Below are positions 9,174 to 18,316 of a stretch of 64,000 bases of DNA, piece after piece. The stretch is from a virus (Duplodnaviria > Caudoviricetes): IMG/VR virus record IMGVR_UViG_2515154105_000002, positions 7,105-71,104 of that record; one strand, given 5' to 3'. The position numbers were made by a program, and so were the translations under genes. Below the pieces are notes generated by a model. That model saw nothing but the letters and a program-made list of their open reading frames with translations. It had not been told where the DNA came from and made no database searches. Position 1 is the first letter of the stretch. Each line of letters starts with the position of its first letter.

Positions 9174-9497
9174 CTACTCGGCCGGTTCCTGGCTGTTCCG
9201 GCTGGTAAGCGACTCAATGACCGGGGCGATCGTCGTCGGCTTCCAGATCAGGTCGTACGTGGACTGCGCGGCGGCGATCACCGCGAGGATCGTGGTGCAC
9301 GCCTGCGGGCCGTCCTGGAGCTGCTGCCAGCCCCCGGCGACCAGGACGGTCCCGACGCCCGCGATGAGGGCGAGCGCGACCGCGACGGCCTTCTTCACCT
9401 CGGCCGACCAGGCGGGCCGCTGCACGATCGCGGTGAGCATCGGGAGGAAGGCGCCGACCTGGGCGCCGATGGTGATGGAGTCGAGCGTGTCCGACAA
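9174..9497 (-). CDS. putative holin
   Basis: 107 aa, 2-3 TM helices, WS..VK..V and STYDLIWKPT resemble actinophage holins; end of tail cluster. Confidence 0.65.
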   Translation of the reverse strand: MSDTLDSITIGAQVGAFLPMLTAIVQRPAWSAEVKKAVAVALALIAGVGTVLVAGGWQQLQDGPQACTTILAVIAAAQSTYDLIWKPTTIAPVIESLTSRNSQEPAE

Positions 9498-9530
9498 GGG
9501 AGTGCCCTTCCGTAGGTGATGCGGAAGGGC

Positions 9531-9560
9531 ACGGTCACCGCTGGGGACTGCTTGCGTCGC
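9531..9560 (-). promoter_or_regulatory. putative late promoter (holin)
   Basis: GCGAC-GCAAG-N14-GACCGT. Confidence 0.55.
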
Positions 9561-9564
9561 CTGC

Positions 9565-9963
9565 TCAGGACCAGTCCGGCCCGGTGATGTCGGAGGCGAT
9601 CTCGTCCGGCGGCGCGGGCGCGGGCCGGTTCAGGGCGGCGCGGATCACGTCCTGCAGGTCGTGGATGTACTCGACGGCGGCCGCCTTCCAGCGCCGCCAC
9701 TTGCGCTGTTCCTCGCGCAGCTCCTCGACGCTGCGCTCCAGCGTCTCGTACTTCGCCTCCAGCGTGGTCATCCGCTCCAACGTCTGCTGAGTGGAGGCGC
9801 GTTGCTGCTCCAGGAGGCTGGTGAACCCGTCGGTCAGGTTCTTCACGGCCGTGGCTTCGCTGTTCTTCTTGCCCTGCCGGTACACGAGCCAGGCGCCGCC
9901 GAGTGCGCCGAGCATCCCGAAGAGGGGAGCAAGTACGGGTGCCAGCGAGACGAGCCCATCCAC
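9565..9963 (-). CDS. membrane-anchored coiled-coil protein (lysis-cassette type)
   Basis: N-terminal TM followed by a heptad coiled coil; GTG with GAGGGAG RBS. Confidence 0.65.
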   Translation of the reverse strand: MDGLVSLAPVLAPLFGMLGALGGAWLVYRQGKKNSEATAVKNLTDGFTSLLEQQRASTQQTLERMTTLEAKYETLERSVEELREEQRKWRRWKAAAVEYIHDLQDVIRAALNRPAPAPPDEIASDITGPDWS

Positions 9964-10046
9964 TGGCGCTCCCTCATATCGGTTGGTCATGGGTGCGCGG
10001 GAGCCGGAGCCCCGGGGAAAGGGCTCACGGCTCCCCGCAAGCGCGA

Positions 10047-10076
10047 ACGGTGCACGACCGCGGTCGTTTACGTCGC
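10047..10076 (-). promoter_or_regulatory. putative late promoter
   Basis: GCGAC-GTAAA-N14-CACCGT. Confidence 0.55.
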
Positions 10077-10469
10077 GCCCTGCCCGTCGCCGGCCGCAGA
10101 CACCGCAGGAGCGACTCCGGCGACGGTGCTCCAGCCCCGCCGTATCGCGCCGAGCAGCTGCTCGTCGGTGATCGCGGCCGCCATCTCGGGTCCGGCCGTG
10201 CTGCCTGATGTCGCGGCGGCCTGCAGAAGCGGCGGGGTGACGACGAGGCCGATTGCCATCTGCGCCGCCTGCGCCTCCGTCGGGGTGAGCGCGGTCTTCG
10301 CCAGGTTCCAACGCAGCGGGTAGCCGGGCGTGGTCGGGTCCTCGGCGAAGACCTCCTGCGCGATGACCGCGATGGCCATGCGGACGCGTGGCAGTAACGT
10401 CGGCTCGCAGGCCAGGGTGCAGATCGCGGACAGCGACAGAGGCAGGACAGTCGTCACAAGGGTCCTCAC
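10068..10469 (-). CDS. hypothetical tail-associated protein
   Basis: Coupled to the tail fibre stop; RVRMAIAVIAQEV...ITDEQLLGAIRRGW. Confidence 0.6.
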   Translation of the reverse strand: MRTLVTTVLPLSLSAICTLACEPTLLPRVRMAIAVIAQEVFAEDPTTPGYPLRWNLAKTALTPTEAQAAQMAIGLVVTPPLLQAAATSGSTAGPEMAAAITDEQLLGAIRRGWSTVAGVAPAVSAAGDGQGAT

Positions 10470-13400
10470 TTGGTGTAGGTCACTTTGAGCTTGGGCGGAT
10501 TGGACTGGCCGACGCCGCGGGCGATGCCGTAGTACGTCGAGCTACTGCTGTTCGGGTCAAGGGCGATGCCGCGCCACTTGGTGCTGTCGAAGACACTGGT
10601 GATGTCGACCCATTTGCCCTCGTTGCGGGCCCACGAGATCGTCTTCGACTCGGAGTCGGAGGAGAACGACGACGGACGCGACGTGTGGGAGTGGGCCTTG
10701 ATGACGGCCTTGCCGCCGGCGTTCGCGTACCAGTGGTCGAAGTAGATGTAGACCTGCGCCTTCACGATCGTGGCGCCCGCGAGGTCGCTGGCCAGCGACG
10801 ACGGGAAGCCGATCAGCGCTGCCTGCGTGCCGTTGGTGCTGGAGTAGTAGCCCTGGATGCACTTGGACCCGTAGTACGAGTTGTACGAGCCGCGGTTGGC
10901 GTAGGTGCCGGACCAGGAAGCCGTGTACGTCTTCTCGTACTGCTTCACGATCGGGTCGCTCGTGCCGCCGCCGTTGTTGTAGCCGCCGGTCTCCGGGATG
11001 TACGGGCCGATGTCCTCGACGTAGAAGACGCCGTGGTTGTCGGCGCCCCCGTACAGCTCGCAGCTCTGCCCGGACGGGGCCAGGGCGTTCTCGAAGCTGA
11101 TCAGGAATCGGTGATCGCCTGCGCCGAGGGACGGCCCGGAGGCAATGTGCTCCAGGCCCGCGGTGAAGCTGTTGCCGAGCGCCTGGTGATGCACGGCGAC
11201 ATAGATCTGAGGGGAGTTGATCGTCGGTGCACCAGTGCCGCCGTCGCGCAGCCGCAGTCGCAACTCCCCGCCATCCGAGGAGGGGTTGGCGCGGGCGGTG
11301 AACACGAATCGGTACATGCGGCTCGTGTCGATCGTGGCGCCCAGTTCCACGAATCCCATCTCGGTTCCGGTCGTGGTGCGGGTGCTGATCTGGTAGTCGA
11401 TGGCCTGGATGCCGCGCGGGAACTGGGCGAGGACGTCGGCGAGGTCGCTGCCGCCGATGGAGACGGTGTCTGCGACGGCCAGGCGCTGGAATCCGGCGCC
11501 GCCGTCCTGGTCGATAGTGGCGACCGGCGTGCCGTCCGTCGACAAGGTCAGGTAGTTGGGGCGGCCGGTGACCAGGGCGACCGCCTCGTCCCCGCTGTCG
11601 TCGAACAGCTGCAGACCCTGTGGGGAGACTTCGGCACGCGCCCCGGCGATTGCGCCGGAGGCCATGACGACGCGGCACGAGACGTTGTCGAATGCGATCG
11701 TGCCGGTTGTTGCCTGGAAGGCGGAGATCCACACCTGCATCTGCGTCGTGCCGGTCGGCGCGGGGGTGGTGGGGACGGTGCTGACGGTGGTCCACGTGCC
11801 CTTCACCGCGGGAGTGATGTTGAGGGTGCTCCAGCCCAGCGCCGTGTTGGAGCTGTTCAGCCACGTCGCGTACATCCGGATGCTTTCGCCAGCCCAGTCG
11901 GCTGAGGCGAGGTAGTCCATGGACAGCCACACCTTCTGGCCCGGCATGCCCGCCAGGGCGGCGAGCTGCAGGGCCTGCGTGGTGGCGGCCGCCGCCGTGC
12001 ACACGGTCTGCACTGCCCGCGGTGTGCCGTTCCCGGCAACGATCGACCACGTTGAGCGGGACGCGACCCGCTGGTCGGACAGGGCACCCTCGAAACTGGG
12101 GTCGGCGATCACGTTGCCGTCGGTGCCCAGCGCGAGCCGGTCGGCCGTGAGGGAGCCGACCTTGATGTGGGTGGCGTCGATCGACCCGGCGAGGATCTTC
12201 GTCGCCGTCACCGAGTTCGCGGCCAACTGCGCGGCTGTGACGGACAGCGCGGCGAGCTTGTCCGTCGTGATCGCGAGCGATGCGATCTTCTCGGCCGTGA
12301 CGCTCAAGGCGACCAGCTTGTCCGTGGTGACCGAGCCAGCCAGGATCTTCGGCGCGGTGATGGCGCCGTCGGCGATGTTGATGGTCTGTACGGCGCCGGT
12401 CTCCAGGACCTCGACCGTGATCATGTCGATCTCGGCCGTGCCCGTGCCTGTCTGGTAGTTCGCGTAGAACAGGGGGGTGATGTAGCGGGCGTTTGCGTGC
12501 AGCGCGCCGGGAGCGGTCGGAGACGGGCAGGCCGCGGTGGTGCCCTTGGCTCCGGCCGCGGCATAGCCCCTGAGGTAGCCGGTGTACCGCTGCCATCCGG
12601 CTCCGGCGGTGAGGGGCTGCTGCGCGGCTGCGACGTAGTGCTGTGAGCTCCCGGCCGCGTTGCCGTCGATGTTGACGAGCGTCGCCCCGTCTGCGGCAAT
12701 GCCCGCGACACCGCAGTAGAACCGCTGCTGTGCGGTGTCCGTGCTTGCGACGGTCTGCCGCACCGTGACGCTGATCCGGTAGAGGACGTTCGGGTCGAAC
12801 GGGATCAGGATGTCCGGCCGCCAGACGCTGTTGACGGCGCCGACCGCGCGCATCACGTAGCCGCCGGACTGCGCATCCGGCACGGTCACCGACGTCAGGT
12901 TGGACACTGCGCTCGTGGTCGTGGTGCTCGAACCGGCGGAGCGCCACTTCGAGGCTTCGGCGCCGGCGTCGTAGAGCTTCTGCACGACGCTCGCCGCGGT
13001 GGTCACCGACAGCTGGCTGGTCGTGATCGATCCGGCGACTACCCGGTCGCCGTTGAGGGTGCCGACCGCGATCCGGTCTCCCTGAATCGAGTTGGCGATC
13101 ATCTTCGGCGTGGTGATCGCGCCGTCCGCGATCTGTACGCCACCGACCACGGGGCGGCACGCCGCGTTGTCGAACCACGTGGCACCCGCGGTGACGAGAC
13201 CGGTCTCGATGCGGACGCGGGCCCGGGTGGCGGTCGCTGGGGCGGTGTAGGTCGCGGCCAGTCGCGCCCACGCTCCCTTGGACGGTGTCGTCGTCCGGGA
13301 GCTGCCCTTGTCGGTGGCGAGGGTGGTGCCGCCCTCGGTCTCCCACCGGACGTGGACGTTGACCTCGGAGCCCGCCCAGTCGGCGGAGGCGTAGTAGTCG

Positions 13401-15202
13401 GCCGCGATGTACAGCTGGTCGCCTGCGGTGACGGGCAGAAGGGCGAGTTCGATGGCCCGCCACTGGGCTGTGCCGTCGGTGGTGACCTTCATCGACGCGG
13501 CGGAGGCGTTACCGAAGGCGAGGTCCTGGACCGCCCACGCGAACTTCGCGGCGAGCGCCGCGGCGTAGGCGCCCTCGAACGAGGGATCGTTGAGCACGTT
13601 CGCGCCGCCGACGACGGTCAGCTTGTCCGTGGTGACCGCTCCGGCCACCAACTCCGACGTCGACACGGAGTTCGCCGCGATCTCCCGGCCGGTGATCGCG
13701 TCGGCTGCGACCTTGCCCGCGACCACGGCGTCCGCCGCCAGGGCCGCCGTGTTGACCGACCCGGCGACGAGGTTCGACGAGCCGACGACGCCGGTGCGCA
13801 GCGGCTCGATGGTGAAGGCGTCGACCTCCATCACCGCGGCCGTGCCCTTGCCGAAGTTGAGCCAGACCGTGGGCCGCAGGAAGCGCACGCTCGCGTGGGT
13901 GGCGCCGGGGACGCGCGGGTCGGTCTGCGGGCCGGAGGGGGCCGTCGCGCCGTCCGTGACCCGGCCCTGGATGTAGCCGACGTACGTCTTCCAGCCGTCC
14001 GCGACGGCGAGCGCGCCACCGTTGGAGGCGCAGTAGTAGTGCATCGACGTCGACGCCGCGCCCGAGCGGTTGACCAGCGTGGTGCCGTCGTCGGCAACGC
14101 CGATCGCGCCGAGGTAGACGGTGGCGGGTCCGGACGCGTCCTGCGCCGTGGCCCGTACGCGGACCATGACCCGGTACAGGGTGTCGGTGTCCTGGGCGAT
14201 CAGCGCCTTGCCGGCGAGCTGCACGTCGCCGTTCGCGATGAGGAGACCGCCGCCGGACGGGGTGCCGGTCGCGGACGGGTTCACGGCCCAGGTGGCGCCC
14301 GTGGCCGTGGAGAATGCCTCCCACACGGTCGGGTCGCGGAACGTATCCGTGTACCGCTGGCCGATGCTGTCGCCGAGCGCCCCCGTCAGCGAGTTCAGCG
14401 ACACGGACGCCGCGGCGAGCGCGTCCTTCGTCACCGACGCTTTGGCGAGCTTGTCGGCCAGGACCGCGCCGTCGGCAAGCGCCGCCGACCCCACAGCCCC
14501 AGTCGCGATCTTCGCCTCGGTGACCGCGTCGTCGGCGAGGATCAGATCGTTGACCGCGCCCTGCTGCAGCTTCTCGTTGGAGATGGCCTGCAGAGCGACC
14601 TTGGCCTCGGTGACCGCGGCCTCAGCAAGCTTGTTCTCGGTGATGATCCCGTCGATCAGGTCCTGGCCGACGGCCTGCTGTGGCGTGCCCTGGACCGTGT
14701 CGGAAGCCGGGCCGGTGACCGCGGCGGTGTTCTCGGCGACCAGCCGCACCCATACCGGCTCGTAGTTGTCGACCTTGACGGTGACGGTGCCGCCGAGCGC
14801 CGCGCCGATCGTGGCGAGCTGCGTCGTCAGGTCCGGCGTGAAGTCGGCGCTGCGCCCGACGTGGACCTGCACCAGAGCGAAGTCAGCGGGCGTGGTGTAC
14901 GAGTCGGCCCAGGCCCCGTCCCAGCCGATCTGCAGGCCCGCCAACTGGTTCGAGACGGCCGGCGCCGTCGGCGTTGGCGGCGGCCCGCTGTTGACCGGGA
15001 CGAGGGCGACCGTGCCGTCTTCCTGGACGCCGACAGAGCCCTTGAGAGTGCCCTCGTCGTCGTAGATGTCGAGAGAGCCGCCCTCAATGGACGTGTATCC
15101 GGCCTGGGTGCTGCGCTCCAGTGCCTGGAGGCGCCGTTCGTAGTCGGCGAGCAGGGTCGCCAGGCGCTTCGCGTCAGTCTGGTCGTCGAGGAAGTTCGCC
15201 AT
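10466..15202 (-). CDS. large tail fibre / receptor-binding protein
   Basis: 1578 aa; decapeptide repeats (GSVTTDKLVA), two N.l.DPSFEG CBM-like domains, two copies of a second beta-sandwich, C-terminal PPKLKVTY. Confidence 0.85.
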   Translation of the reverse strand: MANFLDDQTDAKRLATLLADYERRLQALERSTQAGYTSIEGGSLDIYDDEGTLKGSVGVQEDGTVALVPVNSGPPPTPTAPAVSNQLAGLQIGWDGAWADSYTTPADFALVQVHVGRSADFTPDLTTQLATIGAALGGTVTVKVDNYEPVWVRLVAENTAAVTGPASDTVQGTPQQAVGQDLIDGIITENKLAEAAVTEAKVALQAISNEKLQQGAVNDLILADDAVTEAKIATGAVGSAALADGAVLADKLAKASVTKDALAAASVSLNSLTGALGDSIGQRYTDTFRDPTVWEAFSTATGATWAVNPSATGTPSGGGLLIANGDVQLAGKALIAQDTDTLYRVMVRVRATAQDASGPATVYLGAIGVADDGTTLVNRSGAASTSMHYYCASNGGALAVADGWKTYVGYIQGRVTDGATAPSGPQTDPRVPGATHASVRFLRPTVWLNFGKGTAAVMEVDAFTIEPLRTGVVGSSNLVAGSVNTAALAADAVVAGKVAADAITGREIAANSVSTSELVAGAVTTDKLTVVGGANVLNDPSFEGAYAAALAAKFAWAVQDLAFGNASAASMKVTTDGTAQWRAIELALLPVTAGDQLYIAADYYASADWAGSEVNVHVRWETEGGTTLATDKGSSRTTTPSKGAWARLAATYTAPATATRARVRIETGLVTAGATWFDNAACRPVVGGVQIADGAITTPKMIANSIQGDRIAVGTLNGDRVVAGSITTSQLSVTTAASVVQKLYDAGAEASKWRSAGSSTTTTSAVSNLTSVTVPDAQSGGYVMRAVGAVNSVWRPDILIPFDPNVLYRISVTVRQTVASTDTAQQRFYCGVAGIAADGATLVNIDGNAAGSSQHYVAAAQQPLTAGAGWQRYTGYLRGYAAAGAKGTTAACPSPTAPGALHANARYITPLFYANYQTGTGTAEIDMITVEVLETGAVQTINIADGAITAPKILAGSVTTDKLVALSVTAEKIASLAITTDKLAALSVTAAQLAANSVTATKILAGSIDATHIKVGSLTADRLALGTDGNVIADPSFEGALSDQRVASRSTWSIVAGNGTPRAVQTVCTAAAATTQALQLAALAGMPGQKVWLSMDYLASADWAGESIRMYATWLNSSNTALGWSTLNITPAVKGTWTTVSTVPTTPAPTGTTQMQVWISAFQATTGTIAFDNVSCRVVMASGAIAGARAEVSPQGLQLFDDSGDEAVALVTGRPNYLTLSTDGTPVATIDQDGGAGFQRLAVADTVSIGGSDLADVLAQFPRGIQAIDYQISTRTTTGTEMGFVELGATIDTSRMYRFVFTARANPSSDGGELRLRLRDGGTGAPTINSPQIYVAVHHQALGNSFTAGLEHIASGPSLGAGDHRFLISFENALAPSGQSCELYGGADNHGVFYVEDIGPYIPETGGYNNGGGTSDPIVKQYEKTYTASWSGTYANRGSYNSYYGSKCIQGYYSSTNGTQAALIGFPSSLASDLAGATIVKAQVYIYFDHWYANAGGKAVIKAHSHTSRPSSFSSDSESKTISWARNEGKWVDITSVFDSTKWRGIALDPNSSSSTYYGIARGVGQSNPPKLKVTYTK

Positions 15203-15210
15203 GGCCGGGC

Positions 15211-15240
15211 ACGTTGCGCGGCAGGGAGGGTTAGTGTCGC
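15211..15240 (-). promoter_or_regulatory. putative late promoter (tail fibre, near-leaderless)
   Basis: GCGAC-ACTAA-N14-CAACGT, 8 nt before ATG. Confidence 0.6.
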
Positions 15241-15328
15241 GGCCTCCTCAGCTGAGACACGCGTGCACCGGCAGTGAATACTGCCGGTGCCAGTGGCTGG
15301 GGAGGCCACTCTTCTGGTGGGGGAGTAG

Positions 15329-16042
15329 ATGGGAGACAGAGATCAGCCGGAGTACGTGTGGCTCATGGTTCTGACCGCGAATCGAGGGCTGTGCGTCTAC
15401 TGCAACGCGATGCGATCGACGACGCTCGACCACGTGGACTCGATAGCAGAGGGTGGCCGGAACGCCGTCGAGAACCTCTTTCCAGTCTGCCGACGCTGCA
15501 ATTCGGCAAAGGGCCGGCTCACCGTGGATGACTGGTTCGACGAGATGGAGCAGGCCAACTACTGCCGTCGTGGCCACTGCGTACATCTGGAAGCCGGATG
15601 CTCAACTCGGGGCGTAGTCCTGGATATCCCTTGGTGGGAGCTGTCCGATCGCATGGAAGCGACCCGGGCAACCATCGACGACGTCGACCGGACCCGCTGG
15701 TTCAGCCACCATTTCGCCCGCACGATTCTGCGGACTTCCACCGTGGACGTGATCGAACGCAAACAGGCCGCAGTCAAGAAGCTGTCTGCCTATCCGGTGC
15801 CCCCTTGGACGAGTGAAGAGACAGAGCCGGAAAGGGACGTGTGCAGTCGGCGCCTGTGCTGCCCGCAACCGGCCAAGGACGAATGGCCGACGTTCTTCTA
15901 TCTGGACGCCGACACGCGGCGCCGGGCTGAGAAGCTGGCCTTCGAGAGCGAGATCAATGTCATCGACCTGTACGGACTGGCGGTGTGGGAGTTCGTGGTC
16001 CGGGCCGAACGCGAAGGTCGAGAGGCTAGGGAGCGCACCTAG
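15329..16042 (+). CDS. HNH endonuclease
   Basis: CVYC...TLDHV...GGRNAVENLFPVCRRCNSAK. Confidence 0.85.
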   Translation: MGDRDQPEYVWLMVLTANRGLCVYCNAMRSTTLDHVDSIAEGGRNAVENLFPVCRRCNSAKGRLTVDDWFDEMEQANYCRRGHCVHLEAGCSTRGVVLDIPWWELSDRMEATRATIDDVDRTRWFSHHFARTILRTSTVDVIERKQAAVKKLSAYPVPPWTSEETEPERDVCSRRLCCPQPAKDEWPTFFYLDADTRRRAEKLAFESEINVIDLYGLAVWEFVVRAEREGREARERT

Positions 16043-16140
16043 GGCGCGTATCGGGTCGTGATCAATGAGCACCGAAGCTTCCGGGGCGGGTGCCCCGTCG
16101 GGGGTACGGGCCCCGGCTGCCTGCCATCCGAGACGGTGCG

Positions 16141-16719
16141 TCAGAGCACGGCGAGACGGTCCACCAGGAGCTCTACCCTCTGCTCGACGTACTCCGGCGG
16201 CAGCCGTCCGGCCCGGGTCAGGGTCGCGATCCCGTGCAGGGCCGCCCAGAACAGCTCGGTGAACAACCCCGGGTGGACGCCGTCCCCGGCGACCTCGCTG
16301 AGGCTTTCCAGCAGGGCGGCGAAGGCGTTCTTCAGCGGCTCCGGGGTGTCCTCCTGTGCGAAGGCCAGGCCGCCGTCGAGCTGGAACATGGCGTCGTAGA
16401 GCGCCGGGTTGCGTTCGGCGAAGTCGAGGTAGGCGCGGGCGAGGGCCGTGACCCGGCCGCGCGTACTGGTCGCGGCGGAGGTCGCGGCCCGCACCGCCGC
16501 GGCCATCTCGGCGGCGCCCTCGAGGGCGACGGCACCGATGATCTCCTGTTTGCCGCGGAAGTGGCTGTAGAGGACGGGCTGGCTGTACTCGATGCGCTCG
16601 GCCAGCCGGCGGGTGGTGACCGCCTCCCAACCCTGCTGCTCGGCGAGTTCTCGGGCTGTCGCCACGATGAGGCGCTCGCGCTCCGCCCTTTCGCGCTCTT
16701 TGCGTTCCTGTACCGACAT
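16141..16719 (-). CDS. TetR/AcrR-family regulator (WHG-type C-terminus)
   Basis: TTRRLAERIEYSQPVLYSHF; FWAALHG. Confidence 0.9.
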   Translation of the reverse strand: MSVQERKERERAERERLIVATARELAEQQGWEAVTTRRLAERIEYSQPVLYSHFRGKQEIIGAVALEGAAEMAAAVRAATSAATSTRGRVTALARAYLDFAERNPALYDAMFQLDGGLAFAQEDTPEPLKNAFAALLESLSEVAGDGVHPGLFTELFWAALHGIATLTRAGRLPPEYVEQRVELLVDRLAVL

Positions 16720-16727
16720 GATTCGAC

Positions 16728-16792
16728 CCTAGCACCGCTAGGCAATCGAGCGGCAGCAGTGCTAGCGTTGTCACATTACATAGCGCCGCTAG
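16728..16792. promoter_or_regulatory. probable TetR operators in divergent promoter
   Basis: Three related near-palindromes CTAGCACCGCTAG, CAGCAGTGCTAG, TAGCGCCGCTAG. Confidence 0.55.
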
Positions 16793-16810
16793 ATTCCTGG
16801 AGGGGTCATC

Positions 16811-17257
16811 ATGCTCAACGCACTTGAGGTCGTCACCACCGTGGTAGTCGGCGTGATGGTGGGGGTGGAGTTCTCCGTCCCCTTCTTCAGCAACCCGATC
16901 CTCAACGCACTCCCGGGCGACAACGGCCTGCGCGCCCGCACCCACGGGGCCCGACTGGGCGGCGCCGTGATGCCGTTCTGGTACATCGGCTCGCTCGTCC
17001 TCGTCGGGGCCTGGGCCATCGGTGGGTGGGACCACCCCGGCACCGGCCTCGTCGTCACCGCCGGCGCGCTGCTGATCCTCAGTGTGATCATGTCGCTCAC
17101 GCTGCTCGTCCCGATCAACAACCGGGTCAAGGCGTGGACCGCCGACAACCGGCCTGACGACTGGAAGGAGCAGCTGAATCGCTGGGACCGCTGGCACTAC
17201 GTCCGCGTCGCCGTCATCATCGCCGCCTTCGTCTGCCTGGCGGCCGCCCTTGTCTGA
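16811..17257 (+). CDS. DUF1772/anthrone oxygenase-like membrane protein
   Basis: GVEFSV, MPFWY, VPINNR, W..WHYVR. Confidence 0.75.
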   Translation: MLNALEVVTTVVVGVMVGVEFSVPFFSNPILNALPGDNGLRARTHGARLGGAVMPFWYIGSLVLVGAWAIGGWDHPGTGLVVTAGALLILSVIMSLTLLVPINNRVKAWTADNRPDDWKEQLNRWDRWHYVRVAVIIAAFVCLAAALV

Positions 17258-17382
17258 ACCCGCGGGCCGACACGGCGCTGGTGGCGCACGAGCCACACCC
17301 CCCGGGCGGCAGCGGGCCACCGGAATCCGAACATCCGGGAATGCGGCTGTCGCTGAGAGTCCACAACTGCGATCCCGACAAG

Positions 17383-18244
17383 CTACGTCCCTCGATGACC
17401 TGCGCGGCTCTCGGCTCTCATTCGGGTGAGGTCTTTGATCCAGATCACCGAGGCGCGCAGATGAAGCCCGGCGAGGTAGCTTTCCGGGGTCTTGTCGTAG
17501 CGGGTCGCGATGCCCCGCCACGCCTTGAGCTTGTTGATCAGGCGCTCGACGGTGTTTCTCTCCTTGTAGAGCTCGGCGTCGTGGCCGACGGGCCCGTGGA
17601 TGCGCACCTTGTCCAGTACGGGGATGAACTGCGGGCCGTCGGCGGCCTGCCCCGCAGTCAGGACAAACGCCAGTGGGCGGCACCTGCGGTCGGCGGCGAG
17701 GTGGACCTTGCTGGTCTGCCCGCCCCGGGAGCGTCCCAGGAGCGCAGCCTTCAGTCGGAGTTTGCGACGGCGCCGGATGCGTCGTCGCTCCTCCCGCCGG
17801 AATCGCCTTCGGCCTTTCGCCCGTTTTGCACTTCGCAACCGCCCCTTTTGACCTGAGCCTCTTCTCCTCGGTGGCCTTCTCCAGCGCGTCGAGCACGCAG
17901 GGATCGAGATGCATTCCGGCGGCGTCGTGGTGGGCTCGGGCGGTGGTGGAATCGATACTGACCAGCGACAGATCCACCTTGCCCCGCTTCGCGGCCTCGG
18001 CTATCAGCCCCTCCAGCAGGGCCTCGAAGACACCGGCATCGCGCCACTGCCGGAATCGGTCGTGGACGGTCGACCAGGCACCGCACTCGGCGGGCACTTC
18101 CCGCCACTGCCCGCCCGTCCGAGAGCGCCACAGCACCCCCTCGAACTGCTGCCACAGCCGCACCGGGTACGGGCCATACTCGCCGACCGGCAGGTACGGC
18201 TCGATGAACTCCCACTCCACGTCGGCCAGTTGCGCACGTGTCAT
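17383..18244 (-). pseudogene. IS5-family transposase, two-frame type with internal deletion
   Basis: OrfA RTGGQWR...WSTVHDRFRQW...IDST; AAAAGGGGG frameshift site ~17841-17849; OrfB GRSRGGQTSKVH...ERNTVER...IATRYDK but lacks the usual DKAY catalytic segment. Confidence 0.8.
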
Positions 18245-18316
18245 GCAAGACGATCTACCGGATCGAAGATCCGCGCGAGGGGAAAGCCGCTCATTGATCG
18301 CGACCCGATACGTGCC

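Noticed and set aside
10466-11500. Diversity-generating retroelement target in the tail fibre tip
   Set aside because: No template repeat or reverse transcriptase found in the window
15602-18244. 880-aa ORF starting with the transposase
   Set aside because: Only the first ~130 aa are transposase OrfA; the rest is chance read-through across TetR, DUF1772 and HNH in a non-coding frame
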